Shown here piece after piece: positions 57,624 through 64,000 of a stretch of DNA of 64,000 nt. The translations under genes and the position numbers were made by a program. Source of the stretch: an uncultured Actinomycetes bacterium (lineage in GTDB: Bacteria; Actinomycetota; Thermoleophilia; UBA2241); contig CAVPVX010000001.1 in the NCBI GenBank assembly GCA_963709345.1, forward strand, positions 256,001 to 320,000, written 5' to 3'. Positions within the stretch are counted from its first letter, which is position 1, and every line of letters begins with the position of its first letter. The notes under the pieces were generated by a model that was not told the origin of the DNA, did no database searches, and saw only the letters and a program-made list of their open reading frames with translations.

Positions 57624-57812
57624 TTGCCGGACCGGCGTACAAGGGTCGGTCTGGTCCGCGCCGTCTGCGGCGATGAGTTCGTCGTGCCGGTCGAGGTGTA
57701 CAGCGCTCATTCGAGCGTCGTGCAGTTCCCGTGCTGCGGGTGCACGGAGCTCTTCCTGCTGGTCTTCGACGAGAGCCTCACCTGCCGCGTACAGCGCGGC
57801 GCCGCGGCATGA
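57624..57812 (+). other. Possible degenerate zinc-ribbon ORF
   Basis: CGDEF...PCCGC motifs, no clear start. Confidence 0.3.
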
Positions 57813-57833
57813 GACAGGACCGGCGCGGCGCCG

Positions 57834-58454
57834 TCAGGGGCGAAACCCGGGCACGTTGACCCGGAGCCGCCAGCGCCGGACGAACGGCCCGTCCGCCGGC
57901 CCACCGCGCTCGAGAAGCGAGTAGCCGGAGCCGATCAGGCCGCGCCACGTCCCGAGGAGCGGGGCGTCCGGCGGCAGCAGGCCCAGCCGCTCCGCCAGGT
58001 AACCCAGACGCCTCGGCGCCGTGCCGCCGGCGAACCGCTCCAAGTACCGGGTGAGCCGCTCCAGGTCGAGGTCGGGCCACGCGCCGCTCAGAGCCGTGGC
58101 GGCGGCGGGCACGCCGCCGCACAGATCGCTGCGGTCGAACATGTCGACGACCGTCCGCTCGGGATCCGTCACGCGAATGCGAAGACCCGGCACGCCCGCC
58201 AGCACGTCCCCGAACATCCGCTCCGGTTTGATGAAGACGAGTTCGAAACGCACGCCCAGAAGCTCCGTTCGCATCGCCTGCTTACGCTTCGGGGTGATGA
58301 AGAAGACCGGCGCGAAGCCGGGTCCTACGGACGGATGCTCCGGCTCCCACCCCCACCAGCGCATGGCGGTCGCGTAGGCAGCCGCACCCTCGGGGGCCAG
58401 CAGCGAGCCCACGACCAGCGCCTCGGAGAACCGGCTGTCCACTGCTGGGCACAC
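57834..58454 (-). CDS. AbiEi-family (type IV TA antitoxin) C-terminal domain protein lacking the N-terminal wHTH
   Basis: VTDPERTVVD, LCGG, RRLGYL, RWRLRVN; TACGAT 6 nt before GTG 58454. Confidence 0.78.
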   Translation of the reverse strand: MCPAVDSRFSEALVVGSLLAPEGAAAYATAMRWWGWEPEHPSVGPGFAPVFFITPKRKQAMRTELLGVRFELVFIKPERMFGDVLAGVPGLRIRVTDPERTVVDMFDRSDLCGGVPAAATALSGAWPDLDLERLTRYLERFAGGTAPRRLGYLAERLGLLPPDAPLLGTWRGLIGSGYSLLERGGPADGPFVRRWRLRVNVPGFRP

Positions 58455-58565
58455 GCCGACATCGTAGCGCACTCGCGGAGAGGAGGCCCGAGGTCGTGCT
58501 GCGGCGACGTGCGCGCACCAGGCCCGCTGGGCGTGCATGCTCTGCGCCGGCGTCGCACATGAGGA

Positions 58566-58602
58566 TGGGCCGCGGCGAGCGCCTTGCGCTCGCCGCGGCC
58601 CA
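58566..58602. terminator. Perfect 17-bp hairpin
   Basis: TGGGCCGCGGCGAGCGC-ctt-GCGCTCGCCGCGGCCCA. Confidence 0.6.
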
Positions 58603-58793
58603 GAGGGGCCTACGGCACCCCGGGCGCCAGGAGGAAGGCGCGCCGGGCGATCGGGTCACCGGCTCGGTGGGGGCGCACCGTACATCTGCCGGGCCCTCTG
58701 ACGGCCGGGGGGGCAGCCGTCACAGCCGTACTTGGCTTGGTCACACCTTCTCAAGTGAATATGAAGCCTGTGTTCAGGCCGCATTGAGCGACG

Positions 58794-59366
58794 TTAGGAC
58801 GGCGTTTGGCTTACGCCGTCCTCGCCGGTCGTTCGAGCCCGCCGCACTTGCGCCAGCGCGGCATCCACCCAAGAGAGGCAGTCGGGATCCGCACGGGCGG
58901 CGACGAGGTAAGGCTCTGCGGCGCCTCCCAGCTCCAGAAGCACCTCCAGGGCGACGCCCTTGACCCGGTCGTCGTGGGCACCGCAGAGCGCCGCGACGAG
59001 ACCACCCGCCGCGATCGCGGTATCCAGGGTGCGCAGTACCTCGCCGGCGCGCTGCGACACGGGTCCACCTACGTCGTAGACCTCGCCCGCCATCGCCGCC
59101 AGCAAGGGACCGACGCTCTCCGCCCCCCTGGCGACGAGCGCCATCTGGGCCTCGTCCACGAGGGGGAACGTCTCGGCCGTCAGCGGCAGATCGAGGAGCG
59201 CGAGCAGGGCCTCTGCGGGAGCGTGCTCCCGGTGCTCGCTCAGGAATCCCGCGATCGCGTCGCAGGCGTAGTCCTGGTCGGGGGCCGTCCTCGCCTCACG
59301 GTATGCGTCGGTCACCTGGCGCGCCAGCGCGACAAGGGCCTCATCGTCAGTCCGGTAGTGCCGCAT
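58794..59366 (-). CDS. Hypothetical helical-repeat (HEAT-like) protein
   Basis: 190 aa ORF after msrB; ALVARGAESVGPLL and LLELGGAAEPYL repeats. Confidence 0.65.
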   Translation of the reverse strand: MRHYRTDDEALVALARQVTDAYREARTAPDQDYACDAIAGFLSEHREHAPAEALLALLDLPLTAETFPLVDEAQMALVARGAESVGPLLAAMAGEVYDVGGPVSQRAGEVLRTLDTAIAAGGLVAALCGAHDDRVKGVALEVLLELGGAAEPYLVAARADPDCLSWVDAALAQVRRARTTGEDGVSQTPS

Positions 59367-59375
59367 GCTCGCCTT

Positions 59376-59831
59376 CTACGCCCCGGCGACGTCGTCGAAC
59401 AGGGCGGCGAAGTCACCATAGCCCTCGGCTTCGAGCCGATCTCGGGGGATGAACCGCAGAGAGGCGGAGTTCATGCAGTAGCGCAGCCCGGCGGGAGGCG
59501 GACCGTCGGTGAACACATGACCGAGATGCGACCCGCTGCCGGCGGAACTCACCTCGGTGCGCACGGAGAAGAGCTTGCGGTCCTCTCGAGTGCTCACGGA
59601 CTCCTCGCGGAGAGGTCTCGTGAAGCTCGGCCAGCCGGTCCCCGAATCGTACTTGTCACGACTGCTGAACAGGGCCTCGCCGCTCACGACATCGACGTAG
59701 ATGCCGTCGCCGTGCTCCTCCCAGTACTCATTGTCGAACGGCGGCTCGGTGCCCTCTCGCTGTGTCACGTCGTATTGCAGAGGGGTGAGACGCTGCCGCA
59801 GTTCCGCATCGTCGGGTCGTTCGGCGGTCAT
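59376..59831 (-). CDS. msrB: Peptide methionine-R-sulfoxide reductase (non-zinc form)
   Basis: [33 protein letters not shown]. Confidence 0.96.
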   Translation of the reverse strand: MTAERPDDAELRQRLTPLQYDVTQREGTEPPFDNEYWEEHGDGIYVDVVSGEALFSSRDKYDSGTGWPSFTRPLREESVSTREDRKLFSVRTEVSSAGSGSHLGHVFTDGPPPAGLRYCMNSASLRFIPRDRLEAEGYGDFAALFDDVAGA

Positions 59832-60292
59832 GATGCCTCCAGTGGTCGCCTGCCGTGGGCCTTCATCCACTCATCGTGGGTGGGCACCGGCTCCCCCACC
59901 ACGTAGAGGAAGAAGTAAGCCCCCGTGTCGCCGACGAAGCGGAACTCCCCGCGCAAGGCGGCGACGGTGGCCTCGAAATCCCGATGTGAGCGTAGCCAGC
60001 CCTTGAAGCCGCCGGACTCCTTGTCCAGCGTGAGCATGGCCTCCGCGTTGGTGATCGTCGCCTCGATCTTCCGCCGGTTGCGGATGATCCCCGTGTCCGC
60101 GGCGAGACGCTCGAGGTCGTCGCCGGAGAACGCCGCGACCGTCGCCGGGTCGAACGCGGCGAACGCCTCGCAGAAGCCGTCCCACTTGGCTTCGACGACC
60201 CTCCAACTCATACCACTCTGGAAGACGGCCTTGGTGAGGACCTCGAGGTAGTCGGCGAGTCCGTCGGGTTCGATCTGTGAAGGCGCCTGCAT
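59828..60292 (-). CDS. tag: DNA-3-methyladenine glycosylase I family protein
   Basis: [28 protein letters not shown]. Confidence 0.88.
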   Translation of the reverse strand: MQAPSQIEPDGLADYLEVLTKAVFQSGMSWRVVEAKWDGFCEAFAAFDPATVAAFSGDDLERLAADTGIIRNRRKIEATITNAEAMLTLDKESGGFKGWLRSHRDFEATVAALRGEFRFVGDTGAYFFLYVVGEPVPTHDEWMKAHGRRPLEAS

Positions 60293-60428
60293 GGCATGAC
60301 CTCCGCGTTTCGTTGTCGGCAGAGGCGGGAGTCTGACTCCGGTCGCCCGCCTCGTGCCCACTATTCCCGCGAAGGGCCCCTCTCCACGCACGCGCCGGGA
60401 GACCGACGCCCGGATCGGGCGCCAGGCC

Positions 60429-60815
60429 TCAGTGCAGAATGGTCGCGTCGGAACCGACGGGCGAAAGATCGGCGTCGACGAAGGCGTCGATGACGGAGCG
60501 CACGTCCGGGCGATCCTCGCCGGCCAGGACGCGGAGGCCTGCCTGGAGACAGCTGAGCAGCACGCGCTTGCCGATGCCGGCGACGATGACGACGTCGACC
60601 TGGCGCTCACCCAGTGTGAGCACCGGTGAGAGGTGGCCGCCGTGACCATGAGGCTCGTTGGCTACCACGGTCACGTCGATGACCGAGCCGTCAACGAGGT
60701 CGACGATGGTGAAATTCGGGCTGCGGGAGAAGCGGCCGGAGCGCGCCGCGTCGAGGCCGCCGGGAGGCTCCGACGGCACGGCGACGCGGATGATGGGTCG
60801 GTCGTCGCTGCTCAT
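60429..60815 (-). CDS. NifB/NifX (dinitrogenase FeMo-cofactor binding) family protein
   Basis: RVAVPS, FSRSPNFTIVD, HGHGG, VDVVIVAGIG. Confidence 0.85.
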   Translation of the reverse strand: MSSDDRPIIRVAVPSEPPGGLDAARSGRFSRSPNFTIVDLVDGSVIDVTVVANEPHGHGGHLSPVLTLGERQVDVVIVAGIGKRVLLSCLQAGLRVLAGEDRPDVRSVIDAFVDADLSPVGSDATILH

Positions 60816-61030
60816 GGCTTCCTTCTCGATGGAAGAGCGGAGCCGCTAGCGTACACCGGTGAGGCGGCGCGCGCCGTCCCCCACCGACGCGAGAGTCGTC
60901 GCGCACCTGGATTCCGGGGTCGTCGCGCGCCTGGACTCCGACCTCGGTGCGCCGCGATGTGCCTTTCTTCGTTCGGCGGGCTATCCTGAACCCGAGACCA
61001 CAGTATCGACCATCCACCGAGGGAGCCCGC

Positions 61031-62005
61031 ATGCCGCTCGGAGGCTATTGCACCGTCTGCCAGCGCTGGGTCTGGCTCACGCCATACGGCGAGTGCCAGA
61101 ACGGCCATTCCGCGCTCGCCGTCCGCGATATCCAGCAACTCAAGCCGCAGAGTGAGCCGGAGGTCCTCGTCGGGGAGATCGTCGACGAGGGTCCGCGGCG
61201 AGCGCGGTTCCGCTGGTGGTGGCGCCACTCGTTCTGGGTCGGCTGGACGTTCACGCTGGGCTTCATGAACTGGCTCGCGTTCATCTATGTGGGCGTCAAG
61301 GCGCGGCATACACCGTGGACCCTGCTCGGTTTCGCCTACATGGTGCCTCTCATCCTCACGATCCTCGCGATCGGCACCCCGCTGCTGCAGGCCGCGATCG
61401 TCGTCCAGCTTCTGGCTTCGGCGGCGTCGGTCGTGAACGCCCTGTACATACGTCCCTATTACAGGGCGATCATGTTCGGCGACGCCTCGCCGCGGTCGCT
61501 GCCGGCCCCGCCGCAGCCACCGGCGCTGTCGGCGGGAGCACGGCCGCAGCTGCCGAGGAACATCGACGAACGCGCCGCCGACGTGCTGCAGCCGGCGCGC
61601 CGTCAGGTGGACGCGATCCTGCGCACAGCGGGTTCCGTCGGCAAGCCCGCTGTACGCGACGATGTGGTCGGCCTCTGTGCCACCGCCGACCACATCATCG
61701 CGGAGCTCGCGGCGCAGCCACGCAAGCTGGACGCCGCGCGCGGCTTCCTCACCTACTACCTCGACGCCGCGCAGCGCATCGTCGAGGGCTACGTGAATCT
61801 CGCGCAGCGCGGCAGCACCACACCCGACATCAACCAGACACTGGAGCGCGCGGAGGCCTCGCTCAAGGTCGTGCAGCAGGCCTTCGACCGCCAGCTGGCG
61901 AACGTGCTCGAGGACCGCGCCATGGACCTCGACAGCGAGATCGAGCTGCTCGAGCGCACCGTGCGCAGCGAGACCATGTACACCCAGACCGGGGAGCTGC
62001 AATGA
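61031..62005 (+). CDS. XpaC-like (5-bromo-4-chloroindolyl phosphate hydrolysis family) protein with extra N-terminal domains
   Basis: C-terminal ARGFLTYYLD...DLDSEIELL; coupled to telA-like gene. Confidence 0.85.
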   Translation: MPLGGYCTVCQRWVWLTPYGECQNGHSALAVRDIQQLKPQSEPEVLVGEIVDEGPRRARFRWWWRHSFWVGWTFTLGFMNWLAFIYVGVKARHTPWTLLGFAYMVPLILTILAIGTPLLQAAIVVQLLASAASVVNALYIRPYYRAIMFGDASPRSLPAPPQPPALSAGARPQLPRNIDERAADVLQPARRQVDAILRTAGSVGKPAVRDDVVGLCATADHIIAELAAQPRKLDAARGFLTYYLDAAQRIVEGYVNLAQRGSTTPDINQTLERAEASLKVVQQAFDRQLANVLEDRAMDLDSEIELLERTVRSETMYTQTGELQ

Positions 62006-63192
62006 GCGACGAGATCCAGAAGCAGGATGCACCGCCGGCTGCGCCGGACGTGCCCGCCACGGCCGGCGTGCCGTCGACCCCGGCAGCTCCGGTCGGCGAC
62101 CAGCCGGCCGTCGGCCCACTGAGCCCCACCGACCTGGCGCGCGTCGCCGAGATAAGCGCCGCCGTCGACGTGAGCGACTCGCAGTCCGTGCTCGCCTACG
62201 GTCTCCCCGCCCAGAGCCGCATCGCCAACTTCGCCGACTCGCTCCTCGGCGACGTGCGCAACAAGGACGCCGGCAGCGGCGGCGAGGCGCTCAACGATCT
62301 GCTCAAGAAGGTGCGTGAGCTCGACATCGACGCGCTCAGCGCCGGCACCGGCAAGGCGAAGATCCCGCTGCTCGGCCGTTTTGCCAACACCTTCGAACGG
62401 TTCGCGTCTCGCTACCAGAAGGTAGCGACCAGCATCGAGCGCATCGTCGACGCGCTCGAGCGCTCGCGCATGGCCCTGCTCAAGGACATGACCGTCCTCG
62501 ACAAGATGTACGAGCTCAACCTCGACTACCTCAAGCAACTCGACGTCTACATCGCCGCCGGCGAGCAGGCGCTCAGGGAGCTGCATGCCGTCAGGATCCC
62601 CGCGCTGGAGGCCGAGGTCGCGGCCAGCAAGGACGTCATGGCTGCGCAGCGCCTGGCCGACCTGCAGCAGGCGGCGACCCGCTTCGAGCGCCGCCTCCAC
62701 GACCTCAAGCTCACGCGCATGATCGCCATCCAGTCGGCGCCGCAGATCCGCCTCATCCAGAGCAACGACCAGAACCTCGTCGAGAAGATCCAGAGCTCGA
62801 TCCTCACGACGGTGCCGCTGTGGAAGAACCAGATCGTCATCGCGATCAGTCTGTACCGCCAGCAGAAGGCGGTGGAGCTGCAGAAGCAGGTCACCGACAC
62901 CACCAACGAGCTCCTGGCCAAGAATGCCGAGCTCCTCAAGGACGGCTCGGCCAAGGTCGGGCGCGAGGTGGAGCGCGGTGTCGTGGACGTCGAGACGCTG
63001 CGCAAGGTCAACGACGACCTGGTGGCGACCCTCGAGGAGACGATCCAGATCCAGGCGGAGGGTCGCGCCAAGCGTCTCGAGGCCGAGGGCGAGATCGGGC
63101 GCCTGCAGGTGGAGCTGCGGCAGAAGCTCATCGAACTCCGCTCCCAGGCGCCACAGATCGGCGCCGCCGATGAGACTCCGCGTCTGACGTAG
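62002..63192 (+). CDS. Toxic anion resistance protein (TelA/YaaN)
   Basis: RLHDLKL, QSAPQIRLIQ, KIQSSILTTVPLWKNQ, TTNELLAKNAE, VVDVETL. Confidence 0.95.
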   Translation: MSDEIQKQDAPPAAPDVPATAGVPSTPAAPVGDQPAVGPLSPTDLARVAEISAAVDVSDSQSVLAYGLPAQSRIANFADSLLGDVRNKDAGSGGEALNDLLKKVRELDIDALSAGTGKAKIPLLGRFANTFERFASRYQKVATSIERIVDALERSRMALLKDMTVLDKMYELNLDYLKQLDVYIAAGEQALRELHAVRIPALEAEVAASKDVMAAQRLADLQQAATRFERRLHDLKLTRMIAIQSAPQIRLIQSNDQNLVEKIQSSILTTVPLWKNQIVIAISLYRQQKAVELQKQVTDTTNELLAKNAELLKDGSAKVGREVERGVVDVETLRKVNDDLVATLEETIQIQAEGRAKRLEAEGEIGRLQVELRQKLIELRSQAPQIGAADETPRLT

Positions 63193-63249
63193 CGCCCGCG
63201 GGCCGGCCACGGCAAGGCGTGTGGCCGACGCCGGCCCTCTGGGCCGGCC

Positions 63250-63711
63250 CTACCAGCCGGTCGTCCCCGGCCCGCCCTTGAACGGCCCCTCGATGCTCGC
63301 CGTTATCCAGCCGCCGTAGAAGTCACCGGCCTGCACCCGGACCTGCTCGTCGTCGACGTAGGCGGCGTCGACGCGGCCTGGGTAGAAGGCGATGTGGTCG
63401 CGGAGCTCCCCGTAGCCCGACGCAGGCTGAGGGTAGTACCAACCCGCGTCGCGGACCTCGCGCTCCCCCACGACGAGGTCGTAGTAGCTCGCCTCACCCT
63501 TGAACTCACAGTGCGAGGTGCGCCGGCTCGGGCGCAGATGCTCGCCGCGCACGTCGTCCGGCGGGATGTAGTAGACGGGCGGGTGACTGGTCTCGAGGAC
63601 GCGGAGCGACCGCGTCGTGTCGGCGACGACGACGTCGCCCACCACGACGCGGATGTGCCGCGCACTAGCCTCCACCCGCGGTGGCCTGGGATAATCCCAT
63701 ACGGATTCCAT
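63250..63711 (-). CDS. DUF427 domain protein
   Basis: ESVWDYPRPP, LETSHPPVYYIP, CEFKG, FYGGWIT, GPFKGGPG. Confidence 0.93.
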   Translation of the reverse strand: MESVWDYPRPPRVEASARHIRVVVGDVVVADTTRSLRVLETSHPPVYYIPPDDVRGEHLRPSRRTSHCEFKGEASYYDLVVGEREVRDAGWYYPQPASGYGELRDHIAFYPGRVDAAYVDDEQVRVQAGDFYGGWITASIEGPFKGGPGTTGW

Positions 63712-63733
63712 CACGCCGCCTCCGGTGGCCAGG

Positions 63734-64000
63734 CTACCCGGCCGCCGGCGACACGATCACCTGTGACAGCCGCTCGAGATACCGGGCGATCACGCGCCGC
63801 TCCTCGGCAGGGAACTCGTCGGTCACCGCGATGACCTCGCCGGCCATGCCGTGCACCTGCGCGAAGATGCGGTCACGACCTTCCGTGGTGAGTCGCACGC
63901 CGACCCTGCGCCGGTCGGTGGGGTGGGGCTCACGGGCGATGAACCCGCGCGCCGCGAGCCTGTCGAGCATGGCGGTCATGGCGCCGGTCGTCATATGCAG
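63734..64000 (-). CDS. MarR family transcriptional regulator (5'-truncated by window edge)
   Basis: TTGAMTAMLDRL, PHPTDRRRV, LTTEG. Confidence 0.9.
   Translation of the reverse strand: MHMTTGAMTAMLDRLAARGFIAREPHPTDRRRVGVRLTTEGRDRIFAQVHGMAGEVIAVTDEFPAEERRVIARYLERLSQVIVSPAAG

Noticed and set aside
60429-60815. Nitrogen fixation inferred from the NifX-like gene
   Set aside because: Family is widespread outside diazotrophs; no nif genes in the window

Overview
High-GC bacterial chromosomal window. Codon style and gene content suggest Actinomycetota, possibly Thermoleophilia-like; this is inference. It holds about 65 genes, mostly core or accessory metabolism: an acidic YtxH-like protein, divergent rarA/HNH, an orphan OppA-like binding protein, an rmlACDB dTDP-rhamnose operon, a cell-wall trio (L,D-transpeptidase, SLH-NlpC/P60, SpoIID/LytB), a full phoBR-pstSCAB-phoU locus, D-amino acid dehydrogenase, a HAD hydrolase, a Cys/Met PLP enzyme, a yybP-ykoY riboswitch with TerC, ArsR plus a P1B ATPase, and a MEDS/PAS histidine kinase. 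A redox/stress cluster follows (glutaredoxin-like probable selenoprotein ending GGG-UGA-S-I-stop, rhodanese, ABM protein, Cys-less peroxiredoxin-fold protein, STAS, two rubrerythrins). The remainder is DUF2207, agmatine deiminase, two ABC exporters, an MFS, a truncated AbiEi, msrB, tag, NifX-like, XpaC-TelA, DUF427 and MarR. I saw no rRNA, tRNA, CRISPR array, transposase or prophage. Best leads: the probable UXX* selenoprotein; a CTAAC-N6-CTAAC Pho box at identical spacing before pstS and phoB; widespread leaderless promoters; a candidate switch RNA ahead of SpoIID; SigB/SigF-like promoters; and an interrupted ORF with an in-frame UGA and a SECIS-like hairpin. Several single-base frameshifts look like assembly errors. 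All family calls come from motif recognition by eye, not database searches.
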